Source: Octopus sinensis (lineage: Eukaryota). From it: a stretch of DNA of 64,000 nt. Position numbers and translations under genes: made by a program. The stretch lies in NCBI RefSeq assembly GCF_006345805.1, contig NC_043007.1, forward strand, positions 22,382,001 to 22,446,000, in the 5' to 3' direction. This document shows, piece after piece, positions 23,865 through 36,414 of this stretch (positions are counted from its first letter, which is position 1; every line of letters begins with the position of its first letter). A model generated the notes under the pieces. It made no database searches and was not told where the DNA came from. It saw only the letters and a list, made by a program, of their open reading frames with translations.

Positions 23865-24286
23865 TATACGTGTGTGTGTGTGTGTGTGGAGGCACAATGG
23901 CCCAGTGGTTAGGGCAGTGGACTCCACTCTTTCTTCCTGTTTCTGTTGTACCTGGATTTCAAAGGGCCAGCCTTGTCACACTCTGTGTCATGCAAAATCT
24001 CCCCCGAGAACTACGTTAAGGTTACACGTGTCTGTGGAGTACTCAGCCACTTGCACGTTAATAAATGAGCTGCAACGTCACTGGTGCCAAGCTGTATCGT
24101 CCCCTTAGCCTTTCCCTTGGATAACATCAGTGGCATGGAGAAGGGAGGCTGGTATGCGTGGGCGACTGCTGGTCTTCCATAAACAACCTTGTCCAGACTT
24201 GTGCCTTGGAGGGTAACTTTCTAGGTATAATCCTATGGTCATTCATGACCGAAAGGGGTCACAACAATATATATATATACACACAC

Positions 24287-24317
<31 letters not shown>

Positions 24318-24319
24318 CA

Positions 24320-24354
<35 letters not shown>

Positions 24355-24806
24355 CAATGAGCAGGCAGAATCATTTGCAGGCCAGGCAAAATGCTTAGTA
24401 GTATTTTGTCCTTCCTGGGGTCAACTTTGTCTTGCATCCGTTTGGGGTTGATAAATTGAGTACTAGGGTCAATGGACTCAACTTAACTAGACCTGGGTAA
24501 GAATACAAAACAGCTCCACCCCTCTGATAAGCCATCTCAAGTCAGTGTGACAGGGTAACTTAATCAAACCAGTATGATCTCACTCAAATTCACAGCTTCC
24601 GCATCAGACTGTGGTCGGTGGAGAGAACATGGTGAGGCCTTCATCCTGCAGTGGACTAAACATAAGCAATTCAATCTAATCCAATATATTATCTATTTGA
24701 CAAAGATTTTAATTAAAAAAAAATCATTTTAATTTAAACATTTTCTTTATTTTTCATTTCAAAATTCTTATTTTTATTTATTCCATTCTATTTTATTTCA
24801 TTTCAG

Positions 24807-24964
24807 CCTGAAAACGAAATATATCTCCAAAGATGGCAGATCTGTTAATTATCAAAAACTTAAGACTTCAGCTGAGCTGAAGAATTTAGAAAAAGAAGTG
24901 CAGAAACTTGTTCATATCAACTTGGAAGACTTATCCATTGATGATCAGAAAGCACTCTTTATTA
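24807..24964 (+). CDS. DUF547-domain protein, internal exon (first identified)
   Basis: Acceptor atttcatttcag; 158 nt, reads LKTKYISKDGRSVNYQKLKTSAELKNLEKEVQKLVHINLEDLSIDDQKALFI(N), matching the DG..V.Y..L / AFxIN motif of DUF547 proteins; donor GTATCCTTTT. Confidence 0.9.
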
Positions 24965-25121
24965 GTATCCTTTTGTTTTCTTTTATTTTCTTTTATTTTT
25001 TTGTCACTGTGAATCCATTTTCAGCCAATCACTGCAATCATCTACAATAATGACACAGGCGATTTGTTGCCATTGTTAAATTATATAATGTTTGATTATA
25101 TATCATTGGTTAGATTTCTGG

Positions 25122-25782
25122 GATCTTTACCTTTTGACCGACAGATTTTTAAAATAATTTTTTGTGACTAAACACTTTCAAACTTCGGACACTGGTAGAA
25201 CGTGTCATATAAAACATCTTTTACTGTTGGCACTTTTGAGAAAAACTTATATTTACGAAGGTATTTCAAGTCAAAGTTCTCATATTTCGGTAATTTCAAC
25301 CAATCAATGACGTGTATTCAACTGAATAAAATTACTGCTGTTGTTTGTCAACAAGAACTTCTGGCGGTGTATATTTCGTTTGTCACTGTTATTTATGACA
25401 ACCCTAACCCTGAAATCCTAACCCTAAAACCCTAATCCTAAAACTCTAACCCTAACTCTAAAACCCTACCCTAAAACCTTAAAACCAGTACAAATGCACA
25501 AATGATGTCATAAATAAGTGACAAATGAAAAATACACCACTGGAAGTTTTTGTTGACAAACAACAGCAGTAATTGTATTCAGCTGAATACTTGTCATTGA
25601 TTGGTTGAAATTACCGAAATAGGACTACTTTAACGTGAAATTACTTTGTAAATATAAGTTTATCTCAAAAATGCTAAGAGTAAAAGATGTTTTACATGAC
25701 ACATTCTACCAGTGTCCGAAGTTTGAAAGTATTTAGTTACAAAAAATTATTTTTTATATCTGTAGGTCAAAAGGTAAAGATC
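25122..25782. mobile_element. Fold-back MITE-like element with about 280-bp inverted arms and a degenerate (CCCTAA)n core
   Basis: gatctttaccttttgacc...tttatgaca (25122-25400) is the imperfect reverse complement of tgtcataaat...ggtcaaaaggtaaagatc (about 25505-25782). Core 25401-25485 reads accctaaccctgaaatcctaaccctaaaaccctaatcc. Confidence 0.88.
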
Positions 25783-27066
25783 TGATTTCTGTAGCTACTC
25801 TAAAGTTCTAAGTGTGATTTAAATACATTTGTTGGATCCAAAGCTTAACTTTCCTTGGTTTGCCAATTGTTCTTAATTAAAATGATTACTTGATAAGCAA
25901 ATCCCATTCAATGTCTTTCAAAACTTTGACATAGGCACAGGAGTGGCTGTGTGGTAAGGAGCTTGCTTACCAGCCACATGGTTCCGGGTTCAGTCCCACT
26001 GTGTGGCAACTTGGGCAAGTGTCTTCTACTATAGCCTGGGGCCCACCAAAGTCTTGTGAGTGGATTTGGTAGACGGAAGCTGAAAGAAGCCCGTCGTATA
26101 TATGTATGTATGTTGTATATATATATATATATAATATATATATATATGTTTGTGTGTCTGTGTTTGTCCCCCAACATCACTTGACAATCAATACTGGTGT
26201 GTTTACATCCCCATAACTTAGCAGTTTGGAAAAAGAGACCAATAGAATAAGTACTAGGCTTACAAAGAATAAGTCCCGGGGTCGATTTGCCCGACTAAAG
26301 GCGGTGCACCAGCATGGCCACAGTCAAATGACTGAAACGAGTAAAAGAGTATATTCTGCACCTGTAATTCATTTACACTTCTCTTATACACATTTGAAAG
26401 GTATATTCATAGTGATAATACATGGGCTTGACTAAATACATCATAAAGAATATAAATTGCTATTACTTACATCAATATTTATAGGAAAGTCTGTACTTTC
26501 CTTTTTTACTTTCACCTCTTTCTCTCTCTTTTCCCATCTATCTAATCTTTGTCTATCTAACTCTATATGTTTTTTGATATTTGTACTTAAAAGCAGCGTG
26601 AAAGTGAAGCTGAGAAAGGCCCAAGAGAGTGTCCATGATTGTATATCTAATAAGCAACGTGGAAACTGTATGCGGCTATTTTAGTTCAAGCTGTTGAACA
26701 CACTACATGTATTGATTCTCACACAGCTCTGCAAGACATTCATTGTGAGATGCCATTCAACTGACATCTGTTGAATATCCTGTTGTAATGACATTGCCGC
26801 GTGTCCCATTAAAAAAAAATCACTAATATATAAATAGGTCTCTTTTATTCTTCTGCGTGAAAACAAACTTGCTAATGATATGAAAGCAAGCCGACTGAAT
26901 TCTGGGTACTGGCTTTTTAAACAAAATGACAAAGGTCTATATCTCATAAAGCAAATGATTTAATGCAAAAATATCTAATGTTCATATCTTAGAGTGCTTC
27001 CTCAAGTTTTGATATGCGAGTATTACTGGTTCAAACTCCACTACAACCTGCTGAGATGCAAGTTAA

Positions 27067-27287
27067 CCCTTTAGTGTTCGCATTATTCTGCCAAAATTAA
27101 TGCTTCTTCATCCACATTGTTTTGAACTAATCAAGCATTATCTTGTAGCTATGAGATTCTGATTAGGTAGCTGTTAATTTTTAAAACGATATTGTGGGGC
27201 TGGTGTGAGAGACCAGATCTGGCCAGTTTGAACATAAAACAGGCAGAATATTTTTGGCCGGATATGGATGGTTTAAATGCTAAAGGG
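27067..27287. mobile_element. piggyBac-type MITE
   Basis: TTAA flanks at 27063-66 and 27288-91; ends CCCTTTAG...CTAAAGGG. An opposite-orientation relative is at 46093-46313. Confidence 0.8.
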
Positions 27288-27731
27288 TTAAACATTACCG
27301 TAAATCCTCACGTATAGTCCACCCTTGAGTATAATACGCAGGGGATTTTTAGGGGGCTCTAACTCTGCAAAACCTAAACCTTGTGTATAATACACATCCC
27401 TTCTCTAACTTGAGTCATGGAGGTCTATATAACGTCCTTGGTTTGTAAAACTGTATACGATAACGTCCTTTATTATTGTTGTATATATAACATAATGCAA
27501 ACATGTAGCTTTTTTGTGCATTTTGTTTGCAGAAAATAAAGAAATAACATTTAATAAATGTTGCTTACTGCAAGTTATGGATGATTCTTTTATGACTTCA
27601 TTGCTTCCAGGTTTTGTAAGCCTAGTACTTATTCAATTGGTCTCTTTTGCCGAACCACTAAGTTATGGGGATGTAAACACACCAGCATTGGTTTCAAGCG
27701 AACTTGGAGGGGGACAAACACAGACACACAA

Positions 27732-27770
<39 letters not shown>

Positions 27771-28309
27771 TATATACGATGGGCTTCTTTTAGTTTCCAT
27801 CTACCAAATCCACTCACAAGGCTTTGGTCAGCTGGGGGCTATAGTAGAAGACACTTGCCCAAGGTGCCATGCAGTCGGACTGAATCCAGCACCATGTGGT
27901 TAGTAAGCAAGCTACTTACCACACAGCCACTCCTATAAATAATATGTAAGCGGCGAGCTGGCAGAAACAGTAGTACATTGGGCGAAATGCTTAGCAGTAC
28001 TTCGTCTGCCGCTATGTTCTGAGTTCAAATTCTGCTGAGGTCGACTTTGCCTTTCATCCTTTCGGGGTTGATCAAATAAGTACCAGTTATGCACTGGGGT
28101 CGATATAATCGACTTAATCTGTTTGTCTGTCCTTATTTGTCCCCTCTGTGTTTAGAAACAAATATGTAGGTGGGTAAATTTACAAATCCGTGTCCAAATT
28201 CAAGAATAAAAAATGCATCCACTTTTTCTATCGTAAAAATAATTGCTGCAAGATGCTAAAAAGTAACTGCTGAAATTTTATAAGTCTTACTTCTTTAACA
28301 TTTAATCAG

Positions 28310-28462
28310 ATTTATTCAATATTCTCACCATTCATGCAATTGCATTGCAACCAAGCCTCCCACAGTCTATACGTAATATCAGCCATTTTTGGGACAGAAC
28401 CGCATACAAAATTGGATCAGAAACCTACACATTGAATGATATTGAACATGGAATTCTGAGGG
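28310..28462 (+). CDS. DUF547-domain protein, internal exon
   Basis: 153 nt, reads (N)LFNILTIHAIALQPSLPQSIRNISHFWDRTAYKIGSETYTLNDIEHGILR(G), containing the N..N.L.IH and Y.L.DIEHGILR DUF547 motifs; donor gtaggt. Confidence 0.92.
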
Positions 28463-29479
28463 GTAGGTCCTTATTCAGATTTGTTGCTTATTGACACCGT
28501 TTCTGTTTTGTTTTGTTGTTGTAGCTTTTATTTTATTTATTTTTATATTTTTTTACTTGTTTTTATTTTTGCTTTTTGGTATGTTTTGATATGTTATTGA
28601 TACAGCATTTAAAGAACTTTTAAAATAATGTGTTTTTGTATTCGAAGGTTCAGGAGTATCTTGAGAACTTTCTTTGGTCAATATTACCCCTGAAAGGGTG
28701 ATCTTGTAAAGCCCCCCCCCCCTTTTTTTTACTAGTGCTGTTTCTCAAAGATAGTGAATCAGCAGACTTGTTAGATCACCAGAAAAAATGCTTTCCAATA
28801 TTTGTTTGGGCCCTTCGTGTTCTCAATTCAAATCCTGATGAGGTCAACGTGCTTTTCATCCAATCCATCGATCCATCAGTCTCCTTCACACACTATTCTT
28901 GGGAGAGTCATTGGAGCAGAGTTGTCAGGAACCTCTCCATAGGGTCACAAAAGAAGCTATTGTCATTGGACATTCTGGCTGAATTCCCAAGAATGACCAA
29001 CTGAAACTATTGGATATTGAATATCTAACCGTCTCATTCTTCATCTACCCTTAGGCCTTCTGTGGGTTGGCTCAGTTTGAAGAATCCGTTTTGCAATTCT
29101 TTACTGCAAAATTCTTATTACATGACTAGCGATGGAGTTACAATATTATTACAAGACTGCAGTTTCAATTCCTGGACTAGTAATACTTTACTTTTACTTG
29201 TTTCAGTCATTTGACTGCGGCCATGCTGGAGCACCGCCTTTAGTCGAGCAAATCGACCCCGGGACTTATTGTTTGTAAGCCCAGTACTTATTCTATCATT
29301 CTCTTTTGCCGAACCGCTAAGTGACGGGGACGTAAACACACCAGCATCGGTTGTCAAGCAATGCTAGGGTGACAAACACAGACATACAAACATACATGAA
29401 AGGTAAAGTTGACCTCAGCAGAATCCTTAATAATAAAAATGCTAATGATTTTCACCTGATTCCTTTTTTTAATTTCCAG

Positions 29480-29595
29480 GCAACAAACCTCCACCAACCC
29501 ACATTGAGCTTCCATTTGGTCCTAAAGATGCTCGCTTAAAGTTTGTCATGAAACCTGACCCCAGAATACATTTTGCTCTTGTTTGGGGTTGTAAA
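29480..29595 (+). CDS. DUF547-domain protein, internal exon
   Basis: Acceptor ttttaatttccag; 116 nt, reads (G)NKPPPTHIELPFGPKDARLKFVMKPDPRIHFALVWGCK with the DPRIHFAL motif; donor gtaagt. Confidence 0.92.
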
Positions 29596-30564
29596 GTAAG
29601 TTAGGTTTTTTATTATATTATATCAATCAATTGTGGGTAACATTTGTTCAGGGTCCCCTATTCTCGGTGATCTAGGTATACTCTGCATACCCATCGAAAA
29701 TGACAAATTCATTATAAACGTTAACTTGACTCGTTAATTTAATCATGAATCTTAATGGAAAACTTTTGTTATATCGTACTCTTTACTCTTTTACTTGTTT
29801 CAGTCATTTGACTGTGGCCATGCTGGAGCACCGCCTTTAGTCGAGCAAATCGACCACAGGACTTATTCTTTGTAAGCCTAGTACTTATTCTATCGGTCTC
29901 TTTTGCCGAACCGCTAAGTTACGGTGACGTAAACACACCAGCATCGGTTGTCAAGCGATGTTGGGGAGACAAACACAAACACACAAACATATACACATAC
30001 ATACACACATATATACATATATACTATGGGCTTCTTTCAGTTTCCGTCTACCAAATCCACTCACAAGGCTTTGGTCAGCCCAAGACTATAATAGAAGACA
30101 CTTGCCCAAGGTGCCATGCAGTGGGACTGAACCCGGAACCATGTGGTTGGTAAGCGAGCTACTTACCTCACAGCCACTCCTGCGCCTATGCTTAAAATTT
30201 GGTGGCATTGGGTGTGGCAGCACACCCAAGTACAACAACCATCATATACCAATACATTTGTTAGGTACCCTATCTATATATTCTATCTTGTTTCGGTCAT
30301 TAGACTGTGGCCATGCTGGGGCACCACCTTGAAAAATGTCAGTTGAACTAAGCTATTCCACAAGCTATTCCGGTCAGCTCCTCAGCTGCTGACATCATAC
30401 CATGCCCGCATACACCACAGACACTACATAGCCATGCATCAGTCTCTCTCCATATCCAACCACTACCTTGCAGGACCTGAATTTAAAACTGAGAAAAAAA
30501 GAACTCTCTACCTCAAACCATCCTACTGACCATCTGGATTATCTTTCAATATTTTGTTTTTCAG

Positions 30565-30743
30565 ACAAGCCCACAAATCAATATATACCAGGGTAAGAAC
30601 CTAGAAAGTTCCTTGGAAGAAGCAATGAAAACATTGTGTGAGCAAGAAGTTTGTATGTTTACAGAAATCAATGAGATATGGCTACCAAGCTTATTTAAAT
30701 GGTACCAGAAAGATTTCGGTAAATCGGACACCGATGCTGTTAG
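30565..30743 (+). CDS. DUF547-domain protein, internal exon
   Basis: Acceptor ttttgtttttcag; 179 nt, reads TSPQINIYQGKNLESSLEEAMKTLCEQEV...IWLPSLFKWYQKDFGKSDTDAV(R) with the LFKWY..DFG motif; donor gtaagc. Confidence 0.92.
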
Positions 30744-31747
30744 GTAAGCATCAAATAATGTTACTAATAAAAAAATTAATTCCATACAACATTCGTGACT
30801 ATCATCATGTATAATACAAGGTTTGTCCTTTTTACTGGACCTCATTCAACATAGCCTTATTGTCCAGTTATATAAGACATAAATCTCACAATATCTACCT
30901 TTTAACCTATTTCTCTTGTCCAACTGCACTACACATTACAGTTTCACTCGGAAAATAATGTCTGTGTGTGTGTGTATATATATATATATAAACTATTTTT
31001 CCTATCACTCACCTTCCTTTCCTGGATATCAGTAACAAAGGCTTCTAGTTGCTTTAACCCAAATTCTTCTTTTGTCATTCCTCTAAATTTTTCTGCTGTC
31101 TCTACCACATCTCAAACCCCTCCTATGCATCAGCAGGTATTTGAATACCTCAGGTCCTACATCAGAGAGGCTGCCTTTTTTTAAAATAAGACACACTATC
31201 ACAAGTTTCATTCATAACGGTTTGATGGAGGACTGGCAAGCCAGTAGGCTGCACCAGGTTCCAATTTGATATGGCAAGGTTTCTACAGCTGGATGCCCTT
31301 CCTAACGCCAACCACTCCGAGAGTGTAGTGGGTGCTTTTTACATGCCAACCAACACAGGGGCCAGTCAGGCGGCACTGGCATTGACCATCCTTGAGTGGT
31401 GCTTTTTACGTGCCACGGGTACTGGCATAGATATCATATCATATATCTTGGTACTGTGGGGATTAATTTCTCCATTAACAGGTCTTTGCTACAGGTTTCA
31501 AATTTTGGCACAAGGCCAGCAATTTCAGGGTTGGAAGTAAGTCGATTACATCAACCCCAGTGCTCAGTTGATACTTATTTTGTTGACCCTATGAAAAACC
31601 AAATCGACCTTGGCAGAATTTCAACTCAAAACATAAAGATGGCTGAAATGCTGTTGAGCTGCTAAGCCTTTTGCCTGGCATGCTAGCAATTCTGCCAGCT
31701 TGCTGCCTTTAATAAATCTTTGATATTGTGTTAAATGCTTACTAGTA

Positions 31748-32270
31748 CCGTAAATCCTCAAGTATAATCCGCATTTTTTCCCCAAAATTTAATGGTCAAA
31801 ATCCTTTGTGCGTACTATATACGAGGTTAAAAATAAAAAAATATTTTCTAGGTAATGTCTGAGTCTCTATTTGCTGTCCGGCAATGTTTATTCAGACACA
31901 TTTTGTGATGTCAGGCGCGAAAATACCTTAAGCTAAGCCTGAAAGCAATGAAGTCATAAAAGAATCATCCATAACTTGCAGGAAGCAACATTTATTAAAA
32001 TAAAAGTATTCAGAACACAGAATAACATGTAACAAAAACAATTTGAAAACATATTTACATTCCCATATAACAGTTAAGAACATCACCATTATTTTATTAT
32101 GCATGCATGGAAGTGTTTGTTCGACTAGGTGCTGCTGGCTTAATTACGCATGACTCAAGTTAGAGAAGGAGTGCTTATTATACACAAGGTTTAGGTTTCT
32201 CAGAGGTACAGCCCCCTAAAAATCCCCTGCGTATTATACTCAAGGGCGGACTATACTCGAAGATTTCCGG
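31748..32270. mobile_element. Tc1/mariner-superfamily (pogo/Tc2-like) MITE
   Basis: TIRs ccgtaaatcctcaagtata / tatactcgaagatttccgg flanked by TA. A second full copy is at 35267-35788, with partials at about 8090-8242 and 27298-27560. Confidence 0.75.
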
Positions 32271-32959
32271 TATGTAAATTACTAGCTTCTCTAAAACAAC
32301 TAGATCTGATGTACCCAAAGTGCCATGCCATGACACAGAAGCTGAAACCATGTGATTAGAAATCATCTATTTCAACCAAATTTACTTCAAATCATTCCCT
32401 ACTATTTTAAAATAATGAGCATCGTTTAGGATAATGTGGTCCTGAAAATAAGATGATCATAGAGGCAATGCTTTTGATCACCAGTTCACTTGATTGCATT
32501 TGACCTGGGGTTAAACAGTGAACAGGAGGAATTACAACTGTGTTTCGTGGTCTGCTACCACAACAGCTCTTTTATAGGATCCAGTTAGCTCAAGATATCA
32601 TCAGGAGGAACCATGTCCGGTTTCGGTCCCTACTCCTCTACTGTTTTAGACGTGGCGGGGCCCCCACTTTCGGAGGTGTCTTCAGCTCTGGTGTTGGGTG
32701 CATGTCTTCTTTCTTCTTCTTTCTTCTGTTCCCTGGCCTCTTCGATGTATCGTCAGCGAGTGTCAGCCGGTGACTGACTAACTTGTCAAATTTTTCCCTT
32801 TAAATACCTGCCGTTAGGCTCCAGCAGGCAGCCCCAGCAACTTGTCATGTGACACTGTCTCACCTTAACTGACTAGTGAAGGCACGTAGTCTTAGCCTGC
32901 ACATTCTCTAAGCGACCGTCACCTGTCAGTCAGCGAAGCTGATTCAGTGTCAGCTTGTC

Positions 32960-33330
32960 TCACCTAGTGATGTTATTTCCCGCCAGCATGTTATGACTTT
33001 CAACCCATTTTTGGTCTTCCCGCTTCAACCATATATAGAAGCTGGCTTTTACAACCACCTCCTGTACTCTCCTTATTAGTTTTCGCAGCTCGGAGCTAGA
33101 AAAAACAAATCCTCTTTTGAGTAGCATTGTCATTTTCCTTTCAATGAAGCCTCTAGCCCCCACTGCCTGGTGGTAATACTCGACATTCCATCCCTGTTCT
33201 CTGCATTTTTCGATTAGTTTTTCGTACCTCTTCTCCTTTTGTTCCTCTTGTGTTGATTGAAGAGGTGAAATAATGACATCATAAATATAAACTTCCAAAT
33301 TGCTGTTCTCTACTATTATGCTTGCAAACG
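32960..33330 (-). mobile_element. HERO/R2-group non-LTR retrotransposon, C-terminal restriction-like endonuclease fragment
   Basis: ORF reads EEQKEKRYEKLIEKCREQGWNVEYYHQAVGARGFI...VVKASFYIWLKREDQKW, matching the K..Y..L...CRE.GW...VG.RGF...AS..IWLKR..W pattern of HERO-type RLE domains. Confidence 0.75.
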
Positions 33331-33365
33331 TCAGGCTCTGAATTACTTTCTCTTTCTAATTTCAG

Positions 33366-33501
33366 ATCTGTCATGCCGTACTTGTCAAAGGAAAAGAAGA
33401 ACCGTGCAGAGCTTTTGTTGCTTGCTTTAGACAGAATTGGTAATGTGAACTTGAAGCTGACACCCTATGAATGGCAATTAAACAACTCTGGAACTGTATA
33501 A
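33366..33501 (+). CDS. DUF547-domain protein, terminal coding exon
   Basis: Acceptor tttctctttctaattttcag; reads (R)SVMPYLSKEKKNRAELLLLALDRIGNVNLKLTPYEWQLNNSGTV* with the C-terminal Y.W.LN motif; phase fits the previous exon. Confidence 0.88.
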
Positions 33502-34360
33502 CACACACACACACGTACGCATGCATGAACACCAACACATCACATATAAATATGAACACATCATTGATATGCTTTCAGAAATTCTGAGACACTCTCAGAA
33601 ACACTGGTACTCTGACACTTTCTGACATATGCATATTCTTCATGCAAGAATGGATTACAATTATTTAACAGAACATCCTCAAAAACCTGTTCGTTTATAG
33701 CTTTATATATTTTTGTAATTTCAATACTTACTAGTCTTCAACTTGAACCAGCTAATCAGCTAATGTCTGCTTCAAAGCATACTCTTTCACTCTTTTACTT
33801 GTTTCAGTCATTTGACTGCGGCCATGCTGGAGCAACGCCTTTAATCGAGCAACTCGACCCCGGGACTTATTCTTTTTGTAAGCCCAGTACTTATTCTATC
33901 AGTCTCTTTTGCCGAACCGCTAAGTAACGGGGACATAAACACACCAGCATCGGTTGTCAAGCAATGCCAGGGGGACAAACACAGACACACAAACACACAC
34001 ACACACATATATATACATATATACGACAGGCTTCTTTCAGTTTCCGTCTACCAAATCCATTCACAAGGCATTGGTCGGCCCGGGGCTATAGCTGAAGACA
34101 CTTGCCCAAGATGCCATGCAGTGGGACTGAACCCGAAACCATGTGGTTGGTAAACAAGCTCCTTACCACACAGCCACTCCTGCACCTATGGCCACTCCTG
34201 CGCCTATTTCCACTCCTGCGCCTATCTAAGCATGTCTACGGCAGAACGAATTTCCTTCATTGAATTGCCAGAATTGTTCTGGTGGTCAGACAGAAGGATT
34301 TACAATATTTAGTCTGGCTTTTTACGTTCTGAGTTTAAATTCTATGAGATCAACTTTGCC

Positions 34361-34396
<36 letters not shown>

Positions 34397-35223
34397 TAAT
34401 ATATAAAAGTAAGGTTGTGTGCTGTCTGTCTCCTACGATTTAGATTCCTAACTACTCCCACATTTTGCGGTGCAGTTTAACCAAAACCAGGTATCTTATA
34501 GTCGTGATTCATATCGAGCCCTTCTGGGTATTAGCATGAATCTACGATTTTTTAAAAAATTTACCATCAATTTTTCCCATTTTTAATGCATTTTTGGCAT
34601 ATATAAGGGAAGTAACTCTCTAAAAATTTATTATTAAATCTCAGAACGTAAAAAGCTACAGTAACACCGCCCTTTGTGGTTAGCCATATTGAGATGGCTA
34701 TTATACTTTACATCTCTAAAAATGCTTATATAGTTATTTCCCTTACAAACCCGAGCAACGCCGGGCGATATTGCTAGTATATATATAAAAGAAAGAGAGC
34801 TGACAAAGGAATAAATGATTATCTTATGAACTTCATCAGATAATATATATATTTGTATTTATATGTATGGTACAGTGGCTATGAATATAAGTGAAACAAA
34901 TGACTCTAAATAACTGTCATCTTTGAAAGAAGCAAAACAATTCTCATTTCCTTCACCTCCACCAAGGGTTGCTGTATTCAATAAGATTGTGAAACCAAGA
35001 TATGGACATGGATATAAAATTCTGAAATGCATGAATGCATACTGGATATATTTCTGTGTACATCGGAGGAAAGTCTTTGATGCATGTAGCAAACATTCAT
35101 TCAACCAAAACTGTAGCTTCCTTTCATTGCTACTCTGCTTTCCACATTTTGTTCTTAGTTTTTTTACGACAACCAGTTGCCTTTTTGACCGAATGAATAT
35201 GTAGGAGTGATGTGCGTGTATGA

Positions 35224-35267
<44 letters not shown>

Positions 35268-36414
35268 CATAAATCCTCAAGTATAATCCGCATTTTTTCC
35301 CCAAAATTTTAAAGGTCAAAATCCCTAGTGCGTATTATATACGAGGTTAAAAGTGAAAAATATTTTCTAAGCAATGTCCAAGTCTCTATTTGCTGTCCGG
35401 CAATGTTTATTCAGTCGCATTTTGTGATGTCAGGCTTGTAAATACCTTAAGCTAAGCCTGAAAGCAATGAAGTCATAAAAGAATCATCCATAACTTGCAG
35501 TGAGCAACATTTATTAAAATAAAAGTATTCAGAACACAGAATAACATGTAACAAAAACAATTTGCAAACATATTTACATTCCCATATAACAGTTAAGAAC
35601 ATCACCATTATTGTATTATGCATGCGCAGAAGTGTTTGTTTGACTAGGTGCTGCTGGCTTAATTACACACGACTCAAGTTAGAGAAGGGGTGCGCACTCT
35701 ACACAAGCTTAGGTTTTTCAGAGGTACAGCCCCCTAAAAATCCCCTGCATATTATACTCAAGGGTGAACTATACTCGAGGATGTACGGTGTATATATATA
35801 TGTATATATATATATTTGACTGCATCTCTGTGTGTATGAGAAAGATTATATACAGTGTAACCAATGGTAAATGACATAGATTACTTAGGTGTTTTGGCAC
35901 CCATGTAAGTCAAAGTGGTAACGGCATCTGTATCCACCCTAGGGTCCATAACTGACTGACTGACTCTGTGTGTGCTCACATGTGCATTTGTTAATGCATA
36001 AGTTTCTTTGATTCTGAAAATTTAGTAAAAGTACCCCTTTTTTATATTTGAGTATGTATAGATATGTATGTGTTTGAACCTGTAAGAATAAGAGAATTTA
36101 TTGGTTTTGTCAGCCTTGAAATGTAAATGCAATCCTTTAGCTAACATTAAGTCAGTCTCACTTTGTATGTGATGCAACATTTTGTCTGTAGGATGCTTAT
36201 TTCTAGACTAGAACTCACTGACAATATATCCCTGCCGTTGCTCTGTTTAATAATGCAATAATGATTCTTAGAAGGATGCTAGTCACTGTGATATGTCTTA
36301 TGACTAGGGTTGTTTCTAGAATATGACAAGTCTTCCATATCTCTAACGTGATAAAAGAGATATCAATTGTCATGTGCCAAGACTATCATTTGTTATATCT
36401 TTCCTTGTGATTAT

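Larger units (their letters stand above)
24965..28309 (+). other. U12-type (minor spliceosome) GT-AG intron of the DUF547 gene
   Basis: 5' splice site GTATCCTTT; branch-like TTCTTTAAC at 28291-28299, 10 nt before the end of the intron; no polypyrimidine tract; the flanking exons join in frame (A+AT = Asn). Confidence 0.8.

Noticed and set aside
32600-32660. Type II hammerhead-like order GAAAC...CTGATGA on the minus strand
   Set aside because: Stem I is only 4-5 nt with no pairing and stem II arms do not pair.
34859-35293. 144-aa minus ORF with an acceptor-like tttcag
   Set aside because: No convincing donor or homology; partly microsatellite-derived; would not join the 46-kb exons in frame.
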